From Octopus sinensis (Eukaryota): a stretch of 64,000 nucleotides of DNA. The translations under genes were made by a program, and so were the position numbers. The DNA is taken from positions 192,634,001 to 192,698,000 of the forward strand of contig NC_042998.1 in the NCBI RefSeq assembly GCF_006345805.1, in the 5' to 3' direction. Positions 1 to 13,227 of this stretch are shown here, in pieces. The notes below the pieces were generated by a model that did no database searches, was not told the origin of the DNA, and was given only the letters and a program-made list of their open reading frames with translations. Positions within the stretch are counted from its first letter, which is position 1. Every line of letters starts with the position of its first letter.

Positions 1-310
1 TATTCTTTGTAAGCCCAGTACTTATTCTATCGGTCTCTTTTGCCGAACCGCTAAGTGACGGGGACGTAAACACACCAGCATCGGTTGTCAAGCAATGCTA
101 GGGGGACAAACAAACACACACACATACATATATACATATACATATATATGACAGGCTTCTTTCAGTTTCTGTCTACCAAATCCACTCACAAGGCATTGGT
201 CGGCCCGGGGCTATAGCAAAAGACACTTGCCCAAGATGCCACGCAGTGGGACTGAACCCGGAACCATGTGGTTGGTTAGCAAGCTACTTACCACACAGCC
301 ACTCCTGCGC
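1..310 (-). mobile_element. SINE family A (tRNA-like head, CORE-like centre, internal TA microsatellite), 3' end cut by window edge
   Basis: Reverse complement gives aggcgcaggagtggctgtgtggtaagtagcttgc...ccgggttcagtcccactgcgtggc, matching about nine other copies in the window. Confidence 0.85.
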
Positions 311-787
311 CTATATTATTATATTATTATTATAATTGTTTTTCTTCTTTTTGCCTGAGTTGTGACATCTTTAGGATCTATTTGTAATATATTTTGGATC
401 TGTTTGTAAACTCATTTAATATAATTAACTCATAACTCATTTGATATAATTAACATTTTTGTAATTTATTTTTTAACCTTCTCAAAATTTTAGATTTTTT
501 TTTTCCATGGTTTTATTGTCATTGTATGCTCCTCTAGGAGTACTCAGGATTTGATGCCCAGAACGTTATTTTATTACCAGTAAATCATTTTAATTTTGTA
601 TCTATACAATATTTCATTGGTATGTTTTATAAACATCTCCAGAGATTTATATTTCTACACACACACACACATACATAGATTCATACATACCTGCATAAAT
701 ATGAGAGAGGGAGGGAGAGAGATGAAAGTAATATGTATATGTAGTTTCCAGGAGAGTTGTAACTCTGAATTAAGAACTGATTAACAT

Positions 788-1069
788 CATCATCATCATC
801 ATTGTTCGACTGCGGTCGAGACAATGGAATTTACTATGCTACGCCAGACTTCACGGTCCATCATAGCATTACGGAAGTCCTGTTGCTGGATGCCTGTATC
901 CCTGGAGATTACATCAGGGTAGGAGAGTGTGCGCCCTCTGGTATCGCGAGTAGATGGCTTCCAGAGGAGAAGAGTAGAAATTACCTCGTTTTCAGCTCTA
1001 CAACAATGTCCAGCAAACTGGACTCTCCTACCTTTCACAAGAAGAGATGATACTTTCACAAGAGATGAT
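788..1069 (-). mobile_element. 5'-truncated RTE-clade LINE 3' end with (TGA)n tail
   Basis: ORF RRVQFAGHCCR...LLLWKP...SYPDVISRDTG...NAMMDREVWR resembles the RTE ORF2 C-terminus; 12-bp TSD actgattaacat at 776-787 and 1070-1081. Confidence 0.85.
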
Positions 1070-1177
1070 ACTGATTAACATAATGACAACCCATCCGACC
1101 CATACCTGCATGGGAAGTGAATGTAAAAGTAATAATAATGATGATGATATGATGCTGTTCTTTAGGTATGAGTCATC

Positions 1178-1425
1178 ATCATCATCATCATCGTTTAACA
1201 TCCGCTTTCCATGCTAGCATGGGTTGGACAGTTCAACTGGGGTCTGAGAAGCCAGAAGGCTGCACGAGGCCCAGTCTGATCTGGCAATGTTTCTACAGCT
1301 GGATGCCCTTCCTAACACCAACCACCCCGTGAGTGTAGTGGGTGCTTTTTACGTGCCACCAGCACAGGTGCCAGACGGGGCTGGCAAAGGGCCACGATCG
1401 GATGGGGTTTTTTATGTGCCTTTTT
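1178..1425 (-). mobile_element. Family C element (RTE-tail-like, (TGA)n tail)
   Basis: catcatcgtttaacatccgctttccatgctagcatgggttgga...ggatgcccttcctaac signature. Confidence 0.85.
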
Positions 1426-2804
1426 ACGTATTTGTATTAAATGGTGAATAGGCTACCTAAACATGAGTCTTAATTTTTTGACGAAAGTGTCGAATTCTTC
1501 CCCACTACTGAGACCCTAAGGTTACAATTTGTTTGAAATATGAATTTAGATTGAATTCGATAGACGTAATGAAATTTTGGCAGGAGAAACAATAATGAAA
1601 AGAAGACCTTCTTTCCCTATATTACAGCCAGAATACATTAAATAATAACAAGAGAACAAAATGAAAGATTAATGAGAAGGAAATGAAAAATGAATTAAGA
1701 TAATATGAATTTTGTTTCATAGAATGAAAAATACGTTTGTATTGTGTATAAAAAAAATAATTACAATTGGATTAATAACATCAAAGCTGAAAAGAAAGAA
1801 GGGAAACCCAACAATAGGATAAGGATGCTAATTTCTTGGAATTTAGTGGCTGCTGTTTTATCTATTCTAAAGCTATTAAGCGAAGTATATTGCCGAATAA
1901 ACGGATAATTTAATTTAACTCATGATATCCGAACAATGTTCGATGAAAAGGATTGTAAATATTTAGTGATAATCTGTTCAGAAAGTTATAAAAGTGCACA
2001 TATAAGAAGCGTAGATTTTATAAAATCTATTTTATAGTAATTTGTTTTAAAATTAACAAAAGAACAAACTATTTTGTAACAATATTTATTGCAATTTCCT
2101 AAATTCTTTGAGTTAATTGAAAGTGAAGGAACAATGCAAAAAGTGTTATAAATTAAGTTTGATTTTGCTATTACTATTTACAACATGGCTTTTCAATTTC
2201 TTTTGTAATTATCACCCAGATCCAATTACTTCTTGAAAAATATTTAATTAATTTAGGTTCTGTATTTCTTTCATGGTTCAAAAATGCTTCTTTGAGATAA
2301 CTTTGGTGATTGGTGAAATAAAAGTAATAAGGTGAAAAAATATCATATTTAGTGACCCCCATCTCAAACTGAGCCTTATCTCCTCTGTGACACTGCTATC
2401 GTTATTATCCTCCTCATCATCTTCATCATTACCACCACCACCACCACCACCATCAGTATGATTCCTAGCATCCTTTTTGCTAAAAACAATTTTCTTTTCC
2501 TTGTCTGTTTGGTTATTCAACCTTGGTGAATAGCCCCATCATCATGTATTCTTATCACTTTTCAGCTCTAGGGGCTTAACATGTTATTTCACTTTCAATT
2601 GATTTGAAGAATTTAGGAAATCACAATAAATATCATTATAGATTAGTTTATGTTTTGTTAATTTTAAAACAAATTACTACAAAATAGATTTTATAAGAAA
2701 AACTGCTACTCTTACAATTGCATTCTTATGAATTTCTAAAAAGATTATCGCCAAATGTTTATAAAACTTTTTATTGATGTTGATCTATATTATCACTAGT
2801 TAAA

Positions 2805-3330
2805 TTATGCTCTCAGCTATGGTCACCAACCAGTGTCAAATTAATCTCAGAACATGAGGCAATACAATGAAGCTACACGAAGAAGATAGCCTCTATGCAG
2901 CATATAAGCTATTGGGAAAGATTCAAGAGATTAAGACTCTATTCCTTAGAGCATAGGTGAGAAAGATATACCATAATATTCATCTGGAAGATCCTGGAAG
3001 GACTTGTCCCAAACTTTGGCATCGAGAGTTACACAAATACTAGAACTGGGCGCCACTGCATAGTACCAAGGACTCAAATTTGCCATCAAGATGTAGGACA
3101 AGATACAGCAACAGCCTGGGCTTCAGAGGATCACAGATCTTCAATATCCTCCTGAAGGACCTGAGAGACCTGCATGGGGTGGATGTAGGTGTTTTCAAAA
3201 TAAAGCTGGACCTCTTCCTGTCAGGTGTCCCAGATGAACCAACTTCGCGGCAGGAGGTGCAGATGGGGGCAGCTGCATCAAACTCTCTCATGCACCAAAT
3301 ATCAATTACTAAAAAGCATTCGTGAAGTAA
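2805..3330 (+). mobile_element. CR1/L2-group LINE ORF2 C-terminal fragment, decayed
   Basis: Translates with stops to SQLWSP...SYWERFKRLRLYSLEHR*ERY..WKILEGLVPN...RGSQIFNIL..DL...FKIKLDLFLSGVPDEP...AAASNSL. Confidence 0.8.
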
Positions 3331-3439
3331 AATTATATAGCAACACCAAATGAGCTGAAACTAGAAGAAATAAAAAAAATTTTTTAAATGAAATCAAATA
3401 AATAGATTGATAATGAATTATATATATTCAAAATCAAAA

Positions 3440-4012
3440 TCAAAAAATCAAACAAAATCAAAATAGATGAACATCAATGGAATTTGTATCTTTGTGGTAC
3501 CAGTGCCGGTGGCACACAAGAAAACCATCCGAACGTGGCTGTAGCCAGTACCGCACCGACTGGCCTCCATGCTGTGGGCACGTAACAATCACCATCCGAT
3601 CGTGGCCGATCGCCAGCCTCATCTGGCTCCTGTGTCGGTGGCACATAAAAAACACCATCCGAGCGTGGTCGTCTGCTAGCCTTGTCTGGCACCTGTGTCG
3701 GTGGCACATAAAAACACCATCCGAGCGTGGCCGTTCGCCAGCCTCGTCTGGCACCTGTGTCGGTGGCACATAAAAAACACCATCCGAGCGTGGCCGTTCG
3801 CCAGCCTCGTCTGGCACCTGTGTCGGTGGCACATAAAATCACCCACTACACTCTTGGAGTGGTTGGCGTTAGGAAGGGCATCCAGCTGTAGAAACACTGC
3901 CAGATCTGACTGGCCTGGTGCAGCCTTCGGGCTCCCCAGACCCCAGTTGAACCGTCCAACCCATGCTAGCATGGAAAGCGGACGTTAAATGATGATGATG
4001 ATGATGATGATG
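3440..4012 (+). mobile_element. Family C element with internal ~62-bp VNTR
   Basis: Tandem ggcacataaaaacaccatccgagcgtggccgttcgccagcctcgtctggcacctgtgtcggt units, then ggttggcgttaggaagggcatccagctgtagaaac and a (TGA)n tail. Confidence 0.85.
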
Positions 4013-4232
4013 AAAAGTCCAAGTGTTTTGCTTATTCTTGATCTAAGACAAGGCATTTGATATCACCAGATAATAATTACAGGCATGGAAATAAAAACCC
4101 ATAACTTCAGTTGAATTATCTGACTTTACATCAGTCTCAGTGAATATATTTAAAACCATACAAATTTTATAATACTAATACTGAAGTGAAAAATCAAATA
4201 AAATACATGTGAAAATATGTACAAACCATTTC

Positions 4233-4610
4233 ATCATCGTTTAACGTCCGTTTTCCATGCTAGCATGGGTTGGACGGTTTGACCGGGGTCTGGGAAGCCA
4301 GGAGGCTGCACCAGGCTCCAGTCTGATCTGGCAGTATTTCTACAGCTGGATGCCCTTCCTAACGCCAACCATGATCGGTTGGTGCTTTTTACGTGCCACT
4401 GGCACAGGTGCCAGTCAAGGCGGCGCTGGCATTGTCCACATTCGGATGGTGCTTTTAATGTGCCACCGGCACAGGTATCACAACTACAATTTCCATTTGA
4501 TATTTATCTTGATGTTGATGTACTTGACTCAATAGGTTTCCTGAAACACAGCAGGTCATGTGCCACTAGCACAGAAGCTAGCTTGGCTTGACTGGCTTCT
4601 GTGCCGGTGA
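4233..4610 (-). mobile_element. Family C element
   Basis: Same signature in reverse orientation. Confidence 0.8.
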
Positions 4611-5699
4611 AAACAAATTTAAGCTAATAAAGTTTTACAAATATGTCACATCACTTTTCAAGTTAAGTTTCCAACATATGTTGAGATATATTCTTTCAGA
4701 ATGTTGTTGCCTAGTTGCGGCTTAGTTCTCAACTAAGTGACTTAAGATCTAAGACCTATTCGTCTACTTTTTCAAACCTAGTGTATCTAGGACAACATTA
4801 TCCATTATGTTCTTCCAGTTTTATAAATGGTAGTGTATGATGTGATTGAGATTTGGTTGCTATTTCCAGCAGATTGTATGAGAGTGTAGGATTGTCCTTA
4901 TTGGTTCCTATCACTTTTGTTTGAATAAACTTCATGCCATCAATAAAGCAGTAACAGAACAGCAAAATATCCAACTGGACACCCATACTGGCATCAGTAT
5001 TATATTTCTCATGTCAGTTAATGGTCTTTATAATTAAACATCTTCATTCTCATTATTGGTAATTATATTTATTGCTTCATTCCTAAATAACTAAATCAGA
5101 TGACATCACCAACTCATATTCATTATATCCATATCAGTAGATGTCTCTTGTTTCCTTCATCCAGTTTTTTATATTTTTAAAAAAATGATACAGGCAACCA
5201 AGTATTCTCAGGTTCAGTCCTACTACAAGGCAGCGGCGGCAATAATGACAACTACGATGACGACAATGACGACAATAACTACGATGACGAAGAAGAAGAA
5301 GAAGAAGAAGAAGAAATAAATAAATAAATCCTTTTCAGGAGTGAATTTATTGCCTGGCAGACTACCATGTGCTAATTGAGTCTTAATTAATTTCAATTAA
5401 GATATCTATAAAGATGAGTTCTCCATTGGTTATCTAACAACCAAGCATGGATTGGTTTCATTTGCAGTACAGTTTCATTGAAGACTTTAACGATTAGCTA
5501 TCTCATCACATTTTAAAACATTTTATTATTTTTTTAAATTTTTAATTTTTTAAATTTTTAAATTTTTAATTTTTAATTTTTTGATTTTTAATTAAAAATT
5601 TTTTTAATTTTAGATTTGTTATATTTTCAGACCTATAGAATTATTCTTGAGATGAAACTATTGTTTATCAGTCTGTCTGTCTACATTTACACATACATA

Positions 5700-6065
5700 C
5701 ATCATCATCATCATCATCATTGTTTAACGTCCGCTTTCCATGCTAGCATGGTTTGGACGATTTTACTGAGGTCTGGCAAACCAGATGGCTGCACCAGGCT
5801 CCAATCTGATCTGGCAGAGTTTCTACAGCTGGATGCCCTTCCTAATGCCAACCACTCCGAGAGTGTAGTGGGTGCTTTTATGTGCCACTGGCACGAGGGC
5901 CAGTCAGGCGGGATTGGCAACGGCCATGCTCAAATGGTGTTTTTTACATGCCACCTGCACAGGAGCCAGTCCAGCGGCACTGGCAACAACCTTGCTCAAA
6001 TGTTTTTTCATGTGCCTCCAGCACAATAAGGCATGCAGATAATGATTACGCTCGAATGGTGCTTT
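5700..6065 (-). mobile_element. Family C element
   Basis: (CAT)n tail and family C core. Confidence 0.8.
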
Positions 6066-6084
6066 TTATGTACCACCGATCCTC

Positions 6085-6545
6085 ATCCTCACCGTTTAGC
6101 GTCCGCTTTCCATGCTAGCATGGGTTGGATGGTTCAACTGGGGTCTGGGAAGCCAGAAGGCTGCACCAGGTCCAGTTTGATCTGGCAATGTTTCTACGGC
6201 TGGATGCCCTTCCTAACACCAACCACTCCAAGAGTGTAGTGGGTGCTTTTTACGTGCCACAGGCACAGGTGCCAGACGAGTCTGGCAAACGGCCATGATC
6301 GGATGGTGCTTTTTATGTGCCACCGGCACGGGGGCCAGGCGAGGCTGGCAATGGCCACGAACGGATGGTGCTTTTTACGTGCCATCGGCACGAGGCCAGT
6401 CGGGGCGGCGCTGGCAATGGCCACATTCAGATGGTTCTCTTACGTGCCACCAGCACTGGTAACTCAGCTGCAATTTCCATTGATCAATTTCGATTCTGAT
6501 TCTGAGTTTCACTTGCCTCAACAGGTCTTCACAAGTAGAATATTT
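6085..6545 (-). mobile_element. Family C element, long copy
   Basis: Core, VNTR units and 5' cacttgcctcaacaggtcttcacaagtaga segment shared with the 21950-22415 copy. Confidence 0.8.
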
Positions 6546-6784
6546 TTATTAATATTTAGCAGAATTAACAGAGTGACTCAAGGACCAAGAGATTCATACA
6601 TTTGATAAGTTCCAATACACAAAACTCTTGAACCTGAAGTAACTTTATATACAATGGAACTGTGATTAAGTATATCAGAAAAAATATATATAAGTCGAAA
6701 CCTTTTATGGTTTTTATAATTATTTATGTTATATAATATCATGTTATGTTATATTCATAGTATTTAATGTCATATTGTAATAAA

Positions 6785-6975
6785 AATGAATATACATATA
6801 TATACATATATATGTGTGTGTATGTATATATGTATATACATATATATATGTGTGTGTGTGTGTATATATGTGTGTATATATATGTGTGTGTGTGTGTATA
6901 TATGTGTGTATATATATGTGTGTGTATATATATGTGTGTGTGTATGTATATGTATGTATATACGTATATATAAAT
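6785..6975. repeat. Compound (TA)n/(TG)n microsatellite
   Basis: Direct reading. Confidence 0.9.
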
Positions 6976-7063
6976 AAATAAATTTTGTTTATTTTTAGTA
7001 GTTTTGACCGCATTGGTCCCTCTTAGCGTGTTGGTATCTACGAATAGTAGTACCCTCAATATA

Positions 7064-7106
<43 letters not shown>

Positions 7107-8228
7107 CACACATACATATATTAATATACATATACATGAATTTCTCTGGATTTTTCTTCATTTCATTAATGGTATAATGGCAGTTAATATTACAAGCAGT
7201 GAGTTACAATTTAGTGATGTTAATTAATGATTAGTTTCTTACCATTTATTAATGGTAAAGATTAAGAAAAAGAAAACATTGATTTACTGATGTATTTTTA
7301 ATGCAGGATTATTGCGTTTTGGTGGATTTATGAGAGAGTATAATTATTGTAAAACGAGTAAAAAGCATTAATTTTTGGGGTCTTAGAAAACGTTTGAATG
7401 GAAGAGCAGAAGGCATATCTTGGAATGTTTTCCTAATGGAATTTATGCAGTTTGCAAGTTACAGAGACTAGGAAGAGCACAAATTCAGTTCTGAGACAGG
7501 AAATTGATGCCTAAGAATTGATATATATGGAGAAACCTATGTGTTATCAATTTACCCTTTTCAACCTACCTTGTAAGTGAAGTGATGTGATGGCAGGTAA
7601 AAAATCATCAACAGTTAAGAACCACGTTCACAAGGTACACTTACAATCATTATATATGTCAGCAATTTCATCCAAATTCTTGCTATATAGGCTAACTGCA
7701 TTTTAAAAACTAATCATGAGTTTGTAACAGGATTGATAGGTTTATACAGATAAGGCATTACAGAACTTTTAAGAGTTAATTCTAAAGGCAGAATGGATTG
7801 AAATAATATCACTTCAAGAACAAACAGAAGATGAAAATATTTGTCAGGTTGGTTTGAATTATTTGAAAAAGAAGGAAATAAGCACTGAAAATTTACTATC
7901 AGTAGGAATAGATGGAGAGCATGAACCTGAAAGGATTAAGAAAAGATTTGACTCTACTGATGAATTCAGTTGATCAAAATTTGCTTTATTTTCATTGTAT
8001 CATTCACCCTTTCTCTCTCAAATGTATGAAAATTATGAATCCCATTGTCAAAATTCTTACAAATATAATGGCAAGAAATGTAAACCACAAGCAGTTCTAG
8101 GCATTACTGCATGTTGGTTGTACTTATTGAAATTTATTGCTACATAGCAATGTCTTGTGACTTTTAAGAGGTAATGTTTTGTAAAGATTTACATCCTGCA
8201 TAGAATATGTAAAACAATTTTTATAAAT

Positions 8229-8428
8229 TACAGAGATGTACTTGCATAGCAAGTGACCTGATCTAAGATCGTGTGCTGGGACAAGATGCAGCACGGAATT
8301 TTGTCAGTAAACAGGTCGCGGTCTCAAAGCGACGAAAATATTTTGACAAATTAAATTTAAATGTTGAAGTGAATCTAACGGTTTTTGTGTGTTTCTTAAA
8401 TGGCTTATAAACACCTTCCACACTGCAG
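8229..8428. mobile_element. MITE fragment, probably Tc1/mariner-type (TA|CAG end); one terminus retained
   Basis: tacagagatgtacttgcatagcaagtgacctgatc; related copies at about 45708-45800 and 49751-49980. Confidence 0.6.
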
Positions 8429-8784
8429 TTTTTACAAACTCTTAGTAAAAATGATAATAGCTATCCTGGACTTGGAAGACCCTGATTATTTGTAAAAGTT
8501 GCATTTAATTGCTTTAAACTTGCTTAGCAAAAACCTTCAGTTGTTTGAAAAGATTTTAACATTTGAGGACAAATTGTTTGCAAAGGACGCTGAAAATTGT
8601 AAACCAGCTTATTGCACCCCACTTGGAAACATTGAAGAATAAAAAAATAATGTCAATAAAAGCTATTTACAGAAAGCCATCATAAGCTTGCAATATGAAT
8701 TGAATAAATGGTTTAAAGATTTTCATAGCAAAATAGTAACTTTAGTGTTCCCTATAACACCCATTGTCACTGAAATATCAGAAA

Positions 8785-9240
8785 CTAGCAGTATAATCCA
8801 GCCTTGCCCAGGATTAAGTTACGATTATTAAGCTAATCAAGTTTTATTTCAAACCAAACTAAGTAATATCGTCGTCAAATTTGGGCGAAATCCGTTGAAA
8901 TTGGTTTATATATATTGCATATGTTTTTTGCATGCATACGCTGTGAAACACACTCTCTCCCTCACACACACACACACACACACACATACATCAACACACA
9001 ACTTCTCTCTCTCTCTCCCTCACACACATTTTTGGTTGGCTATGGCTAGAAGGGACTTAACTCATGTTAGCAACCTTCACAATTGGTAAAAGCTGTGGCA
9101 GAAAATAGATTTTTACTGCTATCCGCGGGTGCCTCAGGAAAAAAATAAGTTGACAAAACCCAAGTAGGATGTTGACGAATGTCCTCCTAAAATTGGAGCG
9201 CCATGCGTGCTAATTTGTGGACGTGCGTAAATTACAATCA

Positions 9241-9276
<36 letters not shown>

Positions 9277-9300
9277 CATCATTCCTTTTATAGATACAGA
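8785..9300 (-). mobile_element. Non-autonomous Helitron-type element
   Basis: Minus strand reads A|TCTGTATCTATAAAA...GC-rich subterminal segment...CTGCTAG|T, with no TSD. Confidence 0.65.
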
Positions 9301-10267
9301 TAAATCTATCAGTATTTCTGAAGATCAGTCAGTCTGACCTTCGATGGACATAGCTGATATAACTGATAAGAAATTGTGATCATGAAGATTGTTTTATACA
9401 TATTCAAAGAACTCAAATCAATCTACTACTAAAGGCCAGATTTGCAGAAATTTATAAATGGACCAGAATTCAAACGAATTTGAAGCCAAAGAAAGTGATA
9501 TTTGATATTTGGAATTCAATTCAGATAATTATTGAAAAAATATTACAAAATTGTCATTCAGTGTTATATTGATTTTTGGATCAACCTATTTGTGCATTCA
9601 AACTTTTTCCAAATGGATTTAATCCAATCAAAATATCATACAAAGTTATCTGACCAAAGCTTGCAATCTTTTATTAAAATAAAAGCCATGACTTATGAAC
9701 CCATATTGAAGCAGTTTCAGATAAAATTCAGAAAGAAAAATCACATTAAGTAAGAAAACACTAATGAAATATTAGGTTTTTTTGTATGTATTTTTGTTTA
9801 TACTAAATTATGTAGCTTCATTTGATTTTTATATCATTATTATTTTTATTTTTTTTTTTTATTGTTGCTACAAGTGACATTTCAGATTGATAAGGTCCAT
9901 GACCTCTATGTTATGACATTGATTTGTATGTGAAGGAAAGAAGGTTGCATGCAGTTAATCCCAGATGTTTTTGACAATACTCACTGTAAAAATAGAAAAT
10001 AATTGACAGTAGAAGGTACCCATTGAAGTGGTACACTAAGGATTAGCTAGAAAGTGGTTAGTATGATAGGAAAAGGGATCATGAGTGAAATACAAGGAGT
10101 GCTTGTGATTCTACAGTCTTTCAAACTATGTCAGTATTGAACAATGCATGTCAGATGATGTTGATGATGAACATGGGTATATGGGAGTGATGTGGAGTAA
10201 TTTGCAATGCAAAACATAGGACTCCACTGTACATCCATGACATATAATTGGTGTGTATTTCTGTGGA

Positions 10268-10302
<35 letters not shown>

Positions 10303-10304
10303 CA

Positions 10305-10620
10305 TCATCATCATCATCATCATTTAACGTTCGTTTTCCATGCTAGCATGGGTTGAATGATTTTGACTGAGGGCTGGCGAACCAGATGGCTGCACCAGGC
10401 TCCAATCTTGATTTGGCAGAGTTTCTACAGCTGGATGCCCTTCCTAACGCCAACCACTCCGAGAGTGTAGTGGATGCTTTTATGTACCACCGGCATGAGG
10501 GCCAGTCAGGTGGTACTAGCAACGGCCATGCTCAAATGGTATTTTTTACATGCCACCTGCACAGGAGCCAGTCCAGCGGCACTGGCAGCAACCTCGCTCG
10601 AATGCTTTTTCACGTGCCAG
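10305..10620 (-). mobile_element. Family C element
   Basis: Family C core and tail. Confidence 0.8.
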
Positions 10621-10656
10621 TATAGATCTGATTTTCAAATTTACGATGACATATAT

Positions 10657-10888
10657 ATTTCTTTATTACCCACGAGGGGACTAAACACAGAGGGAACAAA
10701 CAAGGACAGACAAAGGGATTAAATCGATTACATCGACCCCAGTGCGTAACTGGTACTTAATTTATCGACCCCGAAAGGATGAAAGGCAAAGTCGACCTCG
10801 GCGGAATTTGAACTCACAACGTGACAGCAGACGAAATACCACTAAGCATTTCGCCCGACGTGCTAACGTTTCTGCCAGCTCACCGCCT
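10657..10888 (-). mobile_element. SINE family B, single unit
   Basis: Head ggcggtgagctggcagaaacgttagc, B-box-like gagttcaaattc, central gtcgactttgcctttcatcctttcggggtcgataaattaagtaccag. Confidence 0.85.
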
Positions 10889-11540
10889 TTACGATTACAT
10901 GTAGCCTACATGTATGTATACATACATGCACACATATCACCATGTATGTGTGTGTGTCTATATATATTCATGTATGCATATTTGTATGTGTTTATACACA
11001 CATGTATAAATGAGAAAGACGCTGATTATTAATTTCCATTCTCTTTATTTTTCACAAATGCAATTTAAATATATTCATTAACCATTCTTTGTGTATATGC
11101 TGTTTAATTTGCTATTGTGGGATTTGATATTATAATACCTACAACCATCAGCAATAATTTGAACGGCTACATTATAATTATGTCGTATAAGCACAATTGA
11201 CCCATAAAACTATATTTTAAAGCATCATATAGTGTATTGCTTTGCATTAAAATAATCCAGTCTTCTGAACTGTTCAATGATATTTCAATAATAATCACCT
11301 TTGATCATTCTCAATATTTTAATTAGCATTTAAACTACATTACTTTTATTTAATATTTTTAATAATAAGACCAGGTATTTTTCTGAATGCAAATAGATGT
11401 TGATGTTTCAGAGTGTAAAGGAAAGTTCAGGATAAGTTTAGTAAGTCCAGAGTTCAGTTGTCATGAAGAACTTTCGGGTGGGATAAGGACAGTTGCCCTT
11501 TGTCTGAAGGAGGAAGGGTGAGATGGTGGTGCTGTCATAA

Positions 11541-12332
11541 GGTGGCGAGTTGGCAGAAATGTTAGCACGCCGGGCGAAATATCTAGCGGTATTTCGTCTG
11601 CCGTTACGTTCTGAGTTCAAATTCTGCCGAGGTCGACTTTGCCTTTCATCCTTTCGGGGTCAATTAAATAATTACCAGTTACGCACTGGGGTCGATATAA
11701 TCAACTTAATCCGTTTGTCTGTCCTTGTTTGTCCTCTCTGTGTTTAGCCCCTTGTGGGTAATAAAGAAATAGGTATTTCGTCTGCCGTTACGTTCTGAGT
11801 TCAAATTCTGCCGAGGTCGACTTTGCCTTTCATCCTTTCGGGGGGTTGATTAAATAAGTACCAGTTACGCACTGAGGTTGATATAATCGACTTAATCCAT
11901 TTGTCTGTCCTTGTTTGTCCTCTCTGTGTTTAACCCCTTGTGGGTAGTAAAGAAATAGGTATTTCGTCTGCCGCTACGTTCTGAGTTCAAATTCTGCTGA
12001 GGTCGACTTTGCCTTTCATCCTTTCGGGGTCAATTAAATAAATACCAGTTATGCACTGGGGTTGATATAATCAACTTAATCCGTTTGTCTGTCCTTGTTT
12101 GTCCTCTCTGTGTTTAGCCCCTTGTGGGTAGTAAAGAAATAGGTATTTCGTCTGCCGCTACGTTCTGAGTTCAAATTCTGCTGAGGTCGACTTTGCCTTT
12201 CATCCTTTCGGGGTCAATTAAATAAATACCAGTTATGCACTGGGGTTGATATAATCAACTTAATCCGTTTGTCTGTCCTTGTTTGTCCTCTCTGTGTTTA
12301 GCCCCTTGTGGGTAGTAAAGAAATAGGTATTT
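11541..12332 (+). mobile_element. SINE family B, head + 4 tandem body units
   Basis: Unit junctions (ggtattt) at 11588, 11772, 11958, 12142, 12326. Confidence 0.9.
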
Positions 12333-12512
12333 AGTTTGTCAATTTGGTTGTAGACAAGTAAATGGAAGAAAGAAATGAAATGCAGTGTATTTTAGGATGT
12401 TGTATGTGGAGTGAGAACAGAAGAGAGAAAAGGGTGATGAGAGAAGGTCAGCAAGAAGAATCAGGGGAAACAAAGACCAGCCATATACGGGAACCTATTT
12501 AGAAATATTTAT

Positions 12513-12906
12513 AGGCGCAGGAGTGGCTGTGTGGTAAGTAGCTTGTTTACGAACTACATCGTCCCAGGTTCAGACCCCCTGTGTGTCACCTTGGGCAAGT
12601 GTCTTCTACAATAGCCTCGGGCCGACCAAAGCCTTGTGAGTGGATTTAGTAGACGGAAACTGAAAGAAGCCCGTCGTATATATATATATATATATATATG
12701 TGTCTGTGTTTGTCCCCCCACCCCAACACTGCTTCACAACCGATGCTGGTGTGTTTACGTCCCAGTAACATAGCGGTTCGGCAAAAGGAGACCAATAGAA
12801 TAAGTACTAGGCTTACAAAGAATAAGTGCTGGGGGCGATTTTGCTTGACTTAAGGCGGTGCTCCAGCATGGCCACAGTCAAATGACTGAAACAAGTAAAA
12901 GAGAGT
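12513..12906 (+). mobile_element. SINE family A, full length
   Basis: Head through gaaacaagtaaaagagag tail. Confidence 0.85.
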
Positions 12907-13227
12907 ATGTAATATTGAATGTAATGGTTGTTTGCTGCTTCCTTCCTTTACTTACTGTTTTTGCTTACCCTTCTCTATTAGAACACCACACTAACTTGTC
13001 ACTCTGCTTACCATTTTCTACTTTCCCTCTCCAATTCTAGCTCACCCCCAACCTTACATGCATCTCCTTGCAGATTCTCGCTCACACCACTTCTACCTCT
13101 GCCTCCCTCCAATCATTAATGAATTGGGTAAGTTGAGTGATAATGGACTAATTGTTGTTGGTCCATATTGTCACCCTGTTTCTTCAGCCACTAGATTTTA
13201 TTCTTCTGAATTGTTTTTTTTTCTTTG

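Larger units (their letters stand above)
7300..9760 (+). pseudogene. Decayed hAT-superfamily transposase (GTF2IRD2/SPIN/Buster-like), split by two later insertions
   Basis: Fragments in shifting frames: LLSVGIDG, LYFHCIIH, MNPIVKILTNIMARNVNHKQF, LQYELNKWFKDF, IFGSTYLC..FS, IQSKYHTKLSDQSL. These match the hAT DDE core and C-terminal dimerisation motif in the right order. Confidence 0.8.

Noticed and set aside
2278-2520. Gly/Asp-rich ORF NNQTDKEKK...GGGGGGGNDEDDEED
   Set aside because: Built largely on CCA/CAT microsatellites; in-frame stop just upstream and no good splice donor
3458-6605. Many 60-140 aa ORFs containing CHRHR/VPPA motifs
   Set aside because: All are translations of GC-richer family C repeats and recur wherever the family occurs
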